Numbered from the stretch's first letter, positions 37,912 through 52,023 are shown. The stretch: 64,000 bases of DNA from Podospora anserina (GCA_017654855.1 CM030332.1:7688001-7752000); one strand, 5' to 3'. The notes: generated from the letters alone by a model not told the origin. A program made the numbers and translations.

Positions 37912-40128
37912 TCATCCAAAATTTAGCTTGCTTTGACCGCGCTCCGGCTTCTTCTTCGACCTCCCCGTGGACTTCTTTGACCCTGACGCTGATGCGGATG
38001 ATGCTGCCGCCGCCCCTTTCTGACTGCCGGCGCGCGCGTTGTTCACTGCAGTCGAAGCTTGTCGGTTGGCGAATGCCTGACTGACACGTTCTTCTTCCTC
38101 CTCCTGGAGGTCTTTGGCAAAGTGCCAATCCAGGTGACTCTGGAGCTCTTCCGGACCCCCCAGGTTGGCGTCGCATCGAGAACAAGCGTGGGGTGTGATT
38201 GGCGACCGTCTAGAATCGGCTTGGGCCTCCTCTGGTAAAGGCTCTCCCGGCCATCCCATGCCTGATGCGACATATGTCTTCGAGGTGCCCAACTTTGCTT
38301 CACCGCTATTCCTCCTCACGAGGTCGTCCTCGGGGCCCGTCGTCCGGGTGTCCTGGGACGGCTCCCGTTTCGCTGTCAAGAAACGCTGAATACCACCGCC
38401 GGCACCATCGATACGTCGTCGCTTTGCTGCAGGTTGCTGTCGTGTGCTCGTGTCGAGTGCTTCCTTGGACGAGGATGTGCGGGCCGATTCCGATGACTTC
38501 AGCGCTCGTGCCTCGTCACCTTTGACGAGAAACGAGTCGATGCCCATATTGCCAGAGACCCCCTCCTCGAAGCCGGCAACGCTCAGGCTCAGGTTGGAAC
38601 ACGGCCAGGCATTACCCTCCAGCGTGATTTGGTGAAACAGGTTCTTGGCCAACTCGAACAGGCTTTCCTCATTCAGAAGCCGCGCCGGTATGGGTCCCGA
38701 TCGAGACCGGGTCTGGTTCCCGTGACGGTGGTGTAAATTGATAGTCTTTGGCCTCCTCTTGTGCTCCAGCACCCCTTCCTCAACCAGGCGAGCAAAAATA
38801 TCCGCCGCAAAGATACGCAACCACTTCGTAGCCTGTTCCACAGTCGTAATGTCGGGACGAAATGACTTGGCCGACAGCATTGACTTGATCTGAGTGCCCG
38901 AGTTGACCTCACTCGTATCGATCCCCCTCAGCGTCTCGTAAATCCACACCCCGTTCTCATCTCCCAGCTTCTGCTTCAGCTGCTCAATCGGAACCGTCAA
39001 CAAATCCGACACAGCCTCCGTCTTGAACGCGTCAGCAACCTGCTCCCCCAACTTCCCGCCCAAGTTCCTGATCTTTGTAAACTTGAACCCACTCAAGAAG
39101 TGCCCAACCGCCCTGTTTCGAATCACCGTCTGCTGATCCGGTTTCTTGTGCGCCGACCCCAACTTGCTTAGGAGCTTGTTCCTCGACACGCCCGCGGAGC
39201 AAGAATACCCCAACTTCTCCCTAATCACCCCCCTCACATTCCTCACGATCTCGCTCGCCACAAGCAGTGCCACGTCGTCCCAGTCCGGATCATCGAATTC
39301 CCCCTCCTGTCTGTCCCCCTCCCCCAGGTCGACCAGAGCATCCGCCTTCCAATCCAGCGCCGTAACCACGGGCATCGGCAACTCCTCACTCACATCCCCA
39401 TACGGCGGCGGACCTCCCAGCTCCTCCCCATACCTTTCAAGCATAACCTGATGGACATGCCTACCACCAGCTGTCAGCATCATCCCACCTTTGCTCACTC
39501 CCAAAAAGCACAACTCACGCCGTCAAATCCAAAAACACCTCATCAATACTCGCCTTCTCAACCTTTTGCAACCCTCCCCCGGGCAAATGCTCCTTGATGA
39601 CCCTCATGATCCTCCTGCTCTCCAACCGATACGGATCCAGCGACACCTTATCCGTAGCAATATGCTCCGCCGCGTCCTCCCGATAAGCCCACTTGTCATC
39701 CCCCTCCCGCCAAGTAGCAACATGCTGCGCTATAAGCTCCGGACACAACCTCCTCGCTTCAGTCACCGTACAATGCCGGCCGATCTTAAAGGCGCGGGCG
39801 GGGTAGTTGACTGCTATTAAACCTTGCCTTTCCCTCCCCTGTTAGTTGACAGGTCGAGCTTGGTATTGGGGGAGGGTGGTTAGAAAAAGGGGGAAAGATA
39901 CCATTGTTGAACGGCCAAAGGCTTGTCCTCGGGGATGCCGAGCCGTACCATCTCCACCTGTGCGTAGAAGCAGTCCAGATCCAAATGGGCAACCACCCTC
40001 AACGGGCAGGAAGTATTGTAAGAAGCCATCTGGTTGAAGTGCCGGTAGGTGAACTGTGACCTTTTCCTCCCTGGCGCACCGGCGGGGGAGGAGTCCCGGT
40101 GCCGGTTGCGGAAGGGTGACGAAGACAT
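37912..40128 (-). CDS. RAD30: DNA polymerase eta (Y-family), 3 exons: 40128-39902, 39827-39519, 39460-37912
   Basis: Motifs HLDLDCFYAQVE, AVQQWQGLIAVNY, EKASIDEVFLD, KSMLSAKSF, a C-terminal UBZ finger (CSRC...SHLDWH) and a terminal QSKLNFG. Confidence 0.95.
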
Positions 40129-40244
40129 GACCAGGTCCAAGTTCGCAACGAGCTAGAATTCGAGATTGGCGATGTTGCAGGTCGTCGGGGGCTCATCTTC
40201 TGCTGTCCAAGTCGACAGACATCGATTGACTGGAAGTAATTGAA

Positions 40245-40248
<4 letters not shown>

Positions 40249-40294
<46 letters not shown>
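40249..40294. repeat. (GA)n microsatellite in the pol eta upstream region
   Basis: Direct observation. Confidence 0.95.
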
Positions 40295-40297
<3 letters not shown>

Positions 40298-43200
40298 ACA
40301 CACGCGTCAGTGTGAAATCGGAGACTCCCGCTTTTCCACTGGGATGATTGATGAAAGTGGACTGTGGGACGGACAATAGGCCGCCAAGCAAATGGGATGT
40401 GCTTTGCTCTTGGGGAAAAGAGTGGAGCCCTTTTGAAGCGCCGATCTCTGGGACGGGGACGCTTGGACCAACCCTAGCTTTTGTGGAGACCCCGCATTTG
40501 CTGGGAAGACAATTGACGGGAGCTTTGCTGCGAGTAATCGGAGGATCCAGCGAGATGGGATTTGGATATCTTTTTAACGACGACGGTCTTTGTGTGGCTT
40601 TCAAAACATCATGAGCCTGATTGGGGAAAAAGCGCGAGATTCCATCATCTAGTTTCAGAGATCTTACTACATCTGAGGCTCTCATCATTTACTGCCGTTC
40701 CCTCCTCAACACTCACTCTTCAACCCCCACGCAGTTTTCAATATTTCATCTCCCTTCCCCTCTCTCAACATCCAGATTGATCATCAATCCTCCCCCCCTA
40801 CATATAGTCATGTATTGTATCCAGTACATCTATTCTTTAACACTTCAGCCAGCCACTCCCAACCCCGGAGCAGACCGCTGCGGATCGGTAAGATAGTGGG
40901 CAGTTGCATGCATATCTTGGTTCTGCACGATGGACTCGATGCTGATGCTGATGCTGATGAACTTGGCATTTGCAACGTCCTCTGTGTTCTTCTCCTGTTA
41001 GAATCCTCATCATCGTAGCCTGTTTTGAGTGAGTTCTGGCGAGTTTGATGGTGAAGCTAGGTAGGTAGTAGTGTATATGAAGCATGTCACCTCCCGGGTG
41101 GTTTAGTGCATCTTCCGTTCCGAGTTGTCTCGGCTTGGAGCCATGACAGCTACCTCTGTCTCGCCGGTCTCGTCTTCCGCTACACCCACAGCAGCATGAA
41201 CGAGGAAAAAAGTGTGGAAGCTCTGTGTCTCGTCCCGGAAACCCCGCGCGTGGAGTATGAGATAATTATCCCGAAGCGTGCCATGGTGTGTGATCAATTC
41301 GGGAAGCCCGCATGCCATGGCTTGCCGGCGACTACCAAGGTGGGTTGGAAGAATTCCATGACCTTGGAGGCGAGAGCAGAAGAAAACATGACAAGGGAAT
41401 GATGAGAACTATAGAGACGGACTTGCCTATCGGAGAATGCGTATTTGTGTTCCGCTCACTCTTTACTCTTGGGTCGAAATATTGGGTGAAAGGGAGGTCA
41501 GTTGGCTTCAGAGTTGGTGTGGAGGGTGGTGTGGGTTGGGTGCCAGGGAGCCACAACCGCTCCGTGTCAACAGAAGGGGAGAAGCGGGTCGGGTTCAATG
41601 ACTTGCAAGATGGCTGTCGATGGTGTTCTGATATCTGAGAAGATGCAGCAAGAGGAGAAGACAAGGGCTGGGAGGACACTCAACTTGTAGTCAACGAAGC
41701 CCCTTTCTTTTCCATATCCCACTCCGTCCCTGATCTTCCGCGCTTTCTAGCCCTTTGGTTGGCGTTGGCCCATCCTGCTACAGGCACCACTTTTAAACTT
41801 TTGCTGTTCCACACGCGCCGTCAGCACCGTCGAGCCTTATCCTCAGGTACCCTACAAGTTCACCTTCCACCACAGGACCCGAGTACCACAAGCCGCAGCC
41901 ACGCCGTTGAAAGACTGCCGTGAACGTTTCCATCTTGAGGGCGAAGCGAGCGATTAGCGACAAACAACCCACGACGGGAAGGTGATAGAGACCGTCGATG
42001 GCATTACAACCATCGTCGTCCTCTCTCACTTTTGACTCCTGGACCTTGGGCAGCCTTCTCTCCCTTGAGCCACACACCCTCTCTTGCTTCTGGCCTTGCT
42101 TATGTTGCATACGTAGACTGATGCTGCCTATCACTGCGAGAGACATCCAACCAGCCCCTATCCGAACCCCAAGCAACAAGATTAGGTCGGGCCTGTTTTC
42201 ATCGGCCACCACCCACAGTGCGGTTTAGCCGCCGTGTCCTGCCTCTACCTCGATTTGGCAGGTCACATGTTCCTACCAACCCTCTGGATGAGGCTCTTCT
42301 GCTCGTCCACTGTCCACCGCTCTTTCCGTGAGTGGACTTTGGGCATGACATCATTCGAGAAATGCCCGGTGATGGCCGGAGGAAGGTTGGAGCGGGTGGC
42401 CTGAGATGTGTTTCAAGCCGGGATCCATACCTCGCAAGGCTGCGCATCGTCCTCCTTCTTCTCAGTGAACAGTCAGTGGCCCTCTCCGCGATCGGCGATC
42501 TGATTCGGATGCTGAATCCGGTTGTCCATAGAGATATCCCTCCTTCCGACATCTCTTGCCCGCCCCTTGCCCAGTCCGGCGATATCCGAGAATGGGAGAG
42601 GAAGGTAGCTGCGGGCACAGAAGGTGCAGGGCATTCTAGTCGCTCCTCCCGTGACCGCTCCGTCATGATCGTGGAAGGATGTGCATATATCTTGTTGACT
42701 AGTGGTGATGGTGGAAGCTTTAGCCTGGACGTCTGCCCTCGTCTATCCCATGAAGGGGCGGAGCGTTGACATCAACTATCACATGCCTGGTGACTTCGCC
42801 CCGGTGGACTACGCTCTCTTGTGTTGTTCTCTAGAAGCAACGTGCCCTTCTCTTTCGTCGTGGCCTGGTTGGCAAAGGGGGCCGCAGTTCTAGAAGCAAC
42901 AGTAGGCGAGGCTGCCAGGCGGCGTATGTCATTCTTGAAGACTTTGCACCAGCAGTGCCGCTCGCCTCTTTTATGATTCCGAGACCCTGGAAACCCGGCA
43001 AGTGTTCGGTAATTTGTACCTGCTTTTGTGGAACACAGAAGGTCATCTGTCCACGGTATCGAGTCCCTGCATGATGTTGAAGCAGAACCAACGAGCTTCT
43101 GACTTTGCCCTCAGCAATATCGAAGATCCTGGCAACAGTCTGTGCTGACACTCCCAAAGTTCGGTAACGGTAAATATCGGATGTGTGGCAAGCATGCTTC

Positions 43201-43600
43201 TCGTTGTTAATCCTCAACATGTGGGCCGTTGCCCGGGTGCCCCAGGGGATCCGGTCTGTCGGAGACGCCATCCAGCTTGGTCGTAACCGTGAAGCAGGTC
43301 GAAACCAGCTTTGTGTTGTCCAAGCCCCTGACCTTGCACGTTCAAACTAAACCTTCTAGCACTTAGGGCTCGTTTGTTGAGGCGAATGCCAGCGCCGTAT
43401 CGTACCAGAGGGGCACCAGTATCTAAGCCTCTGTGGTCCAGCGGGTCACACCGCCCATAGAGTGATGTTATCGTCGCTGCTGACCTCCCGCCCGGGAGAG
43501 GAAATGTAACAGATTTGACCCCCACCGGAGGTGTCGATATTGCGTCTACCACGGAAGGAGTGACAGATGAAGGTGCCTGATCAAGGTGATTGTGGTAGTT

Positions 43601-43607
43601 TATAAAA
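43601..43607 (+). promoter_or_regulatory. TATA box candidate (TATAAAA) for the 43781 microprotein gene
   Basis: Consensus TATA 180 nt upstream of the ATG. Confidence 0.4.
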
Positions 43608-43780
43608 GGACTCTCTGATGACCAGGAAAATGGTCAGCTCTACTCTCGGTAACAGACATCTCCCATCATAGCCAGCAATAAAGACCGTGATAAGTCTCTT
43701 CACATACCTCTCGCCCCAGCTTCTCCACAGAAACCAATCAATTTTCAACTCTGGATTTCCTTGTCAAAATGTGAGATATC

Positions 43781-43990
43781 ATGGTGCAATCTCAAACGCC
43801 GTTACTGAAACCTCGCAGGGACGACTACTACATGCCTCCTGTTCGCATCGAACAATGCAATATCGTCTACTGCTGTTTGTGCAAGGCCAACGACGACGTC
43901 GATAGTATTATCAATCTCGACTCTGAGGATGAGTGCGCCGTCTGTCGACATCGCCCAGCCTTCTGCGAGCACTGCATCCCGGCGCAATAG
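43781..43990 (+). CDS. 69-aa Cys-rich putative zinc-binding microprotein
   Basis: ATG in ATCATGG context; pattern YCCLC-x17-CAVCRH-x4-CEHC; upstream TATA; same ligand layout as the 50586 gene. Confidence 0.65.
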   Translation: MVQSQTPLLKPRRDDYYMPPVRIEQCNIVYCCLCKANDDVDSIINLDSEDECAVCRHRPAFCEHCIPAQ

Positions 43991-45123
43991 GAGTGACAGA
44001 GAGCGTAAACCGGGAACAGTAGTTGTTTGGTTACTTCATCAAGCACGAGTTTCGAAACAACTTACTCAGTCACCAATAACTATGGCGGGAGTTGGCAACT
44101 GGTTTTCCCATGTACTTCCCTTGTTGATCTGGCAAGATTAGACGTGGCAACACAACTGGTTGAGAGGTTGGCGGCAGTGTCGCGAAGAAATCGTTTTCAT
44201 CTTGTTAGACCCTTTCTCTTTTTTGCGTTCTGACTGGTTCAGAGCTATGTTGGTTAGCTTCTATATATAACTTGGTGCACCTCGTTACCCTACTCTCCCA
44301 ATGATGTTGTGGGCTTCGAAGATTGAATCACTGTAGAGGCCGTTCACTCTGGGTCTTCCTCGTGATGCTACCTTTCCCTGATAAGGCGATAATTGGTACC
44401 GTGACGGTAAGGCCAGTCCATAATGGTGTTACTTCTGTTCTACATCATCAGCAATCAGGCAGCTTTCAAGAAACACATGGCATCCATTCCTTGCTGTCTG
44501 ACATGGTGCAACCTCCCACGATGGCCGACGATGGCCAAGAAGTCCCTCCTGAGCGCGACCTGCCGTTGTGGTTCACGACACATCGTGGGAACCTCGCCGC
44601 AAGCATGCAGCTTCCCATCTTGACAAGCGAGTCGATTGCACATCTCCTGCGGCGGGAAGAAAATCGGGATAAGTGGGTGGGATAGAGCCTTGCAGCTCGA
44701 GCTCGACAGAATTTCTTGAATGAACGGTGTCTGTGTTGATTGATCGGCCGAGCATCAGCGTCTGACAGTCGCAGAAGGTTGGAAAAGCTGAGGGTGAGAT
44801 AAGCAGATGTGATGACAAAACAATGATTCTCTGCGGTCTTTCGGCAACGAACCAGGCATCGGTCGCTCTTGCAGTTTCAACCATCCTTTTCCAGAAGCGG
44901 GACTCGGGTGCCACAATATGACATTTTCACCACGGCTAGGAAGGCACGAGGGACCCAACCTGAACTGGGGCTGGCTTCCGATCGCTCCATAAACACCACT
45001 GCTGATCAAATTACCCCTATCGTTGTACCGTCCAAGGATGCACGATATGCGTATAAACCCAATAAAATGACATGCGCCAGATAGCAAGTGCCCACAAAGA
45101 ATCCCTGGGTATCTCCGTCTATA

Positions 45124-46477
45124 TCATGAACCTCGTGTGCTGTCCGTCCCATTTACATGCCGATGCTGTTTCAGCTCTATAACCTCTCCCTTCTCGCTGC
45201 TGGACAGTTCTGGAAGCCCGAATCGTTCCCGCAACTGTTCATACAGGGGCCCCATCTCGTAAAAGCTTTCGTTGTTTTCGTAAACCGCGCAGGGCGATGG
45301 CTTGATCGGCAGTAGCCAGTCAACGGGGTTGTTTCCCATGATTGACTGCCAATTTCTATACGGTCCCAGATCCCATGGGTTTTCGCCCATCTCCGTCTTC
45401 ACAATGGCAAATGTCCGGGTTGCCAGCTGGTCCCGTGGAGGATCTTCGTCATGGCCAGGTCCCGAGCGCTTCGGTAGAGGGTATGTGATCACGCTGTATT
45501 TCGGTGTCCCTTGTGTCCCCCGAGGGACTCGAATGGCCAGTTGGTGGACAGTGTTCTTCGATTTGAGGTAGTCGACGTTGGTAAGATTGACAATGGCATA
45601 CCGAATCGACGTGGCGGTCATTGTGAAGGTGAAAAGGCCAAAGAACGCACTGATTGCCAAAGCAGCTATTACCAGCCCATCAACGCCCTGTCCGCTGTCT
45701 ACTTTCGACTTGAGGCAGATGACCGTTGCAACAATGACCACAATACAATACAATGCTGTGTAACCTGTGAACTGTATAAAGAACTTGAAAGCTGTAGTCC
45801 TGCATTAGCAACTTGATTCTAGGCAGATTTGACTCATTGGCACTGACATGTTTCACCGACAACTCCGCCTACCCACGGACAGTAATGATCCATCTTTTTG
45901 ACACACCTGTCGAGCTCACTGCAATGATGGGCTCTGTCAACCTTCCAGGTGCAGCAAGAGCTGCACCACCGAGGCCGGCCGTCTGTGTTACACACAAAAA
46001 CATTCTTGCTGTAGAAGCGCTCGAGACCTGGACTGTCGGGATTGTTGTCGGCACCAGCCTCGTATCGTTCGCCTGCTTCGAGATCACTCTCTGCTTTTCG
46101 GCCCTGGCGTTTGCGCTCCTTTTCCCGCTCTCTTTGTACAACAGCTCGCTCTCCGAGCGGCGTGACTCCCGGGTTGTGTTGTATTTCGAGGAAGACGCGG
46201 AAGTATGACAATAGCATACAGAGAAGAAAGACGAAGTATAGGGTAAGGAAGGCCGCAGCCACTCCATTTTTCTGCTGTGTTTGTAGGAAATAGTCCACTA
46301 ATCAACTACGTTAGCGACTGGCCAGCAAAGAGACACTGTAACATTAAAATTCAACAAAACAAACATACAGCATACTCGCTTGACAACCACATAGGTTGCA
46401 AGGCCAGCACAACCGGCCAGTATTAATGGAATTATTCGGACCAGCCACCGTGTGGAAGCTGTTTTGGCTGCAACCAT
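45124..46477 (-). CDS. PFA5: DHHC-family palmitoyltransferase (DHYC variant, Pfa5-like), 3 exons: 46477-46369, 46297-45848, 45791-45124
   Basis: [45 protein letters not shown], transmembrane segments, NLTNVD and NPWDLG motifs; intron phases join. Confidence 0.92.
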
Positions 46478-49400
46478 TGCGTCCTCCCACCAGCCCACCC
46501 TCACATGTGAGACCAGAGGACGCGCCGATCCAAGTCGCGGCCGGCAAAGAGAACCAAAGAGAAATAGAAACGAGGAACGAGGCGAGAGTGTTAGGCGAGC
46601 CGGACCCGGATCTGACCGCTCCGTCTAGATAATTGCAATGGGCATCGGTTTGACGTCGGAGGTCGGATCAAGCTCACAGTCGGGACAAACGGGGATGACG
46701 TTGGTCGATCGCGCAGACAAACTGTCTAAATAGTCTCGGATCTTGGTAATCTTACTATTGGCGCTCTGGGCATACGCTAAGGCCCTGCAACGGCGGGTCC
46801 GTGCCTGCAGGTGTGAAGACCAGGACAACAATTGTTAGCGGGAAACCCCTTGATATGGCCCCATCAGCGTCCAGGTTCTTAATGCACTAACATCGCCAGG
46901 CCCCAGGTGCACGCTAACCTCTTCCTGGATCCTCATGTTCCACAGCATGGACAATCACATGGGGACAATCTTCAAAGCATATCATACCTATTCATGAAGA
47001 GAGAGATGGTTACATACGTGATATAAAGTCCTGCTTCTCTTTGTTGACTTGTTGATGTATTTTTATGAGCTGAGGAATTACGTGGGAGAGTATTTCGTGG
47101 GAAACACAAGCATTTGGCACCGAGCCAATGGTTGACGAGGAGGATGGCAGTTTGGTTCATGGCGAGCACATCGGAGCATATTCCATTCGGATGGAAATTG
47201 CCATTTTGACCTCACTGGATTCATTGGTTTGGAGGTCGAATCCATACGTGGTGCCCTACAAATTGGTAATACCTCGGAATAGCTGACGAATCGTGGAACC
47301 GTATGCTGATCAGGAATAGTTCATAGGCTGTTCCTTACCTACCTATATCAGTGGATCAAACCTCTTAGGTTGCTGGTGCCCGACTTGAGGCACACGCATC
47401 GAATTTGTCTTTTCCATTTGGGATGTTTAGATCATCAAGCCAGCCAAGCTTTTCATCGGTAGACAGTTTGCCGATACGCGGTCACATCAAGATGACCTGA
47501 CAGACCTCAGCTCATCGGGTGTGGCATTCCAGCCTCACAGTTTTCTTGGCCTGAGGAGGCTACAAGGCTTGAATCCAACCCCTCATTGAAACCGAAGTCC
47601 AGATGAGATAGTGGTGTGAACCATGGGTCGATGCCCCACCATCTTCTGGCTAGAATTGGAAGGGCATTTCATCATGCTTCCGCCATCTCATTTGTTTTGG
47701 GACTCGGTGGTGTTCCCTAACGGCGGCTGATATGGCTGGCTGAAGCCACCCGTCGAGTCAGCATGCCACCACCAAGCCAAGGTCAGGCACTGCATGCCAC
47801 AACGAGGTCGCCACTGACCGATATACCCAGAACGGGCGGCATGGTGTGGGTGGTGAGCCTACCTGCTTGATGGCTCCGGCCTCCCACCCTCGGCAGAGCC
47901 TCATCATCTGAGCTCCTGGAGGAAGCATATAATGGAACCTTTCAGACCACCATTTTTCCCGAGAGGATTTTCTGGGCCCAATCCTTAATGTCACGGATTC
48001 CCCTCGGCGATGGTCGTCTCACAGAGTGACTACCGGAGCTGGGAGAAGTGAACCGACCACGCTCACCCAATGCACGCAACATTCAACTCGAATACTCTCC
48101 GCGACGACGTCAAGACCTCATATACCCTCCCTCGTAGCGCCGATATATCCAAACGTCAATGAAGAAGCAGCCTCCACAGAGCAGAAGGAGATCGATGTCG
48201 AAGAACGAGAAACCATGATGCTTTGCCAGACGCTATTTGACATGAGCGTTGTGCAGGGACAACAAGTTCGCAGTGGATGGATGGACGGACGGACGGATGG
48301 ATGGATGAATGGATGGATACATGGCGTTCAATGACGGTTGGACCAGCCAAGGAGGTTGTCGCTTCTGTTTTGAGCAGTCATACGGTCGGTTGGGTGAATC
48401 ATTCTACGCCATGATGATAGCGGGAGGACTCCAGTCGCTGGGGTCATCAGGTGCTGATGCCGAAATTCTGAAAAGAGTTGGACAGGCAGTTTCCTCCCGT
48501 CTTTTGCTTTCCCTGCCTTTGAGCATTCTCATGTTATCTTCTCTCTTTCCAACCTCTCGATCGTCTCGTCCTTGCTCAACGTTTTCATCACACACCGAGC
48601 AGTTTTCTCTCAACGTCCTCCCACTCCCTCGTTGGTTTTGTTCCATCTCTGATGGTATTTCGTTCCGGTCTATTTTTGACAAGCTCACTCGGCAATTAGT
48701 GTCGGATCTTTCAATCTCGAGCGTTTCGGTCGGGGGTCCTGGAAGTGCTGGCGTGGGCAGACTGGCGTGGCCTCGTCTTTCGTCACCGAACCTTCAGGGT
48801 CTCACCGAACAAGCCGACCTCGGCCTCGACTTCGCGAAAAGCATCAAGTGCATAATCGAATTAGCCCGAAATTCGACTAGCCAGACGCACCTTCGACGCT
48901 CGGTTCCGTCCGTTTCTCGTCCTCCTTGAGAGGCTCCAAGCCTCGCATATGGTTGAGGTGCACCGCATTCGATCCCAACCCAACACCGGCGCCGTCGAGT
49001 CTGCTTGACATTCGAGACCGATCATAGCCGCAACGCTCTCACGTCGATCGATTGAAAGAGCCGCATGAGTCAATACAGCTGCATGTTTCCAAGGCAGCCG
49101 TGGACTCAACTTTCACGCACGCACAAGGCACCCCACCTGAATTGCACCTGTCGCCAAGCTGGGCCTTCTTCTGCCCGCCTAGGGTTAGAGGTTGAAAGTG
49201 AAAAAGCTCAGCCACCAAAAGCCTGGATACCTACCTACCTTACCAAAATGCGCCGCAAAGCAGTGGTCGAACGAGGAAGCGCAAAGACTGCTCCACCGGA
49301 GCTCAACCTTGAATTTCGGGATAAAGAGTTTGGCACAACTGGTGGTCATGAGGGAAGGAAGGTCAGCGCGGCAGGCTCGCTGATAAAGCGCACAGCAACT

Positions 49401-50383
49401 CGATTACACCGAGCCTGGAGGAATGCTACCCCGAGTGTAGAAATAAGTGGGACACTGCAATGTCGCAGTGGTTGAGGGTTAGGGGATCATTGGGTGCGGG
49501 CGTTTGCCAAGTCTTTGGGGGCGCAATGCGGCTCTGCTGTCTGGATTGGGGAGGGGGGTAGGGTTGTCACTTACACACTTCTTGTTTTAGCCAACTGCCA
49601 GACATCAACCAGATGAACACAACACAAACGTCCAATTTGCGCGCACCTAATCCGACACAACCCGCTCTCTCGACCAGGGTATCTTACAGCTTCAAGGACC
49701 GCGGCTAAGCAATCCAGCGCTCAACAACCCAGGGCGCTGGCTCGACAAGAGAATTGCATGCTGCGCATGGCACCCTCGAGCTATGGAATTGCCCGTGGTT
49801 AGGGACTGCATGTTGCAATGAGTCTTCACTTTGCTGCTTCCCTTCATTGGATGGTACACCGAACCGACGCGACACCTCGACTATAGCGCTTTGCATGCTC
49901 CGCCCATGGGGCGACCTCACGCTTCATGAGGTCCTCATGCCCTCATCATGCATTTTTTGATATGCTGAACGGTTCTTTACTGGTTACAACACGGCCTGGG
50001 TTACAGCTGGTGTGCTGCAAGGAGGTCCGATGAGTCTTTCAACACCCAAGGGGACGTCGACGGAAGATGGGCATTTCGGTGTCGGGTGTCGGGAGGTCCG
50101 AGTGGACCATCTCATTCGCATTCCTTGTTATGCCTCACTTGCCTATCGTCGCCTTGCCTTTCACGGCCGCCATTTCTGTTTGCCTGCTCGCTTCTCCTTT
50201 CCAAGTGGCTAGTTCCTAAGGAGCCTACGCAGTGCCTGACGACGGTGCGAGAGGAACTACGGCTGTACATCTGCAGCTAGGGGTCGATGTACTTGCTGTG
50301 TCACCGAGAGAATGAGGAATTGTAATTGCCGTCATCTGCCTTGCAATGGAAGTTCATTGTACAAGTTGTTCGGATCAAATCTG

Positions 50384-50390
50384 TATATAA
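50384..50390 (+). promoter_or_regulatory. TATA box candidate (TATATAA) for the 50586 microprotein gene
   Basis: TATA followed by a pyrimidine/CA-rich leader, ~200 nt upstream of the ATG. Confidence 0.45.
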
Positions 50391-50585
50391 ACATCTCTGC
50401 TTTCTGTTTTCTATCCCCTTCCGTCCATCACATCCTCACAACCACCACCACCACCACCACCACCACTCTCCTCTACAAAGTTTCTCTGCAACAAGCGTTC
50501 CAGACGTCTTCAAGCTGGTAGCTAAAGCATTCGTACCATACACAAACACACCAACCACATCTTGATCGAATCCGCAATCGTCAAC

Positions 50586-50794
50586 ATGCCCGGTAGCAGC
50601 AGCAGAACCGCCACTACAGTATGGTACTGTGTGAGTAGCCACCTCCCGGTCTGATAATTCCGCTCATGCTAACTCAACTACAGGACAACTGCACTTACGG
50701 ACCGTTGAACTACACACTCGACGCTTACTGTCCCAGCTGTGGTCATCCACGATGCGTATACTGCACAGTCACAACCATCAAGAGCCGTGGATAA
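50586..50794 (+). CDS. 51-aa Cys-rich zinc-ribbon-like microprotein, 2 exons (50586-50630, 50684-50794)
   Basis: CAACATG start and intron GTGAGT...GCTAAC TCAACTACAG. Product: MPGSSSRTATTVWYCDNCTYGPLNYTLDAYCPSCGHPRCVYCTVTTIKSRG*. Absent from the ORF track. Confidence 0.88.
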
Positions 50795-51981
50795 CGCCAA
50801 TCCCAAGCCCTAAGCACCCATGCATGAGCTTTCGAGCCCCGCAACCTGGGTGTGGGAAGACAAGTCAGGAAGAATACATTGTTGGGGGGGCTTTTTCGCT
50901 TTGGAGTTGGGGGTGATATTGGATTTGGAGTTTGGGACGACCGACAACCTTGGGAAAGCATCTGTGACGCAGAGATGACAAGACACAGGGCGCAAGCCAT
51001 TACATTCGCATTGGGATTAGAGGAGCATGAACTGTTTTTTCTTGGAGTTGGATATAAAGGGTCAGGGTTCTTTTGGAAGGCATTCAGTATAGATGTTGTA
51101 GTTTACTTTAGGGATAATTGCTTTTGGTGGACTTCTTCCTCGCCCATATGCCGCGAATTCGACCGTTGGTGATTGTCAATGTCCTGGCAACATCCTCTGG
51201 GGGTTCGACCATGTCAACAAGATGTCGTGAAACCACCTGCCCAGGCAGATACAAAATTCCATGTGCGTTCTCGTCTTTGGATACCGAGATGGCTGGTGAT
51301 GGCGTAAGTGCTTGCATTTGCTTCCATCAGCCGAGATTGGGTTGAATCAATCACAACCCGTTACCCCAGTTTATGCACAGCACATTGAGGCAGCAACCTG
51401 CCGACCCAGGTAATTATGTGAGTGCAACTTATGCAAGGGTCCTTCTCGGCAACGCGCAGCTCTGGCATCATGAGCGTCATGTAGATTAAGGAGCTGCTTG
51501 AATGATCTGTTGTCTTCGCTCTTGCATCAGCACTCCAATCGTAGGTCGTTCAGAGCATGTGAAATGGCGCGTAGATGACTCTGACTCGCAGCCGCTTGGC
51601 ATACCTGCTTGTCATCGGCCTGGCGGTGATTGGCGCGCGCCCAACGACGTCAACCCTCGGCGAAGTTTGGGGTTGTGAGTGGCTCTCCTGGCCTTAGGCA
51701 ACCACCTCCGCCACCAACCACCTTCGAAAAGCCATCTCGAATTGGGTCCCCGAAACTTTCTGGTACACACGAGGGTACAACTCCAAGGGACGTGGCATCA
51801 GCCCTATGCCATGTCATGCAATGCACCCCTCCACACCCTCTTTTCCACTGCGCTCCCGAGCAGTGAATGAACGAACGACACAGCAGATGAGGGGTTCCCA
51901 ACCGAGGTGACTCGAAATACAAGTAACACAAACACAACACCCACCCAAAGAACGACCCAACGAGGAACCACGCAGGAAGAA

Positions 51982-51984
<3 letters not shown>

Positions 51985-52022
<38 letters not shown>
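51985..52022. repeat. (GT)~19 microsatellite
   Basis: Direct observation. Confidence 0.95.

Positions 52023-52023
<1 letters not shown>

Noticed and set aside
41100-43560. Scattered 100-155-aa ORFs
   Set aside because: No motifs or consistent splice model; possibly decayed coding DNA, but not supportable.
45880-45895. DHYC instead of DHHC in the palmitoyltransferase
   Set aside because: Known normal feature of Pfa5/Akr1-type enzymes.
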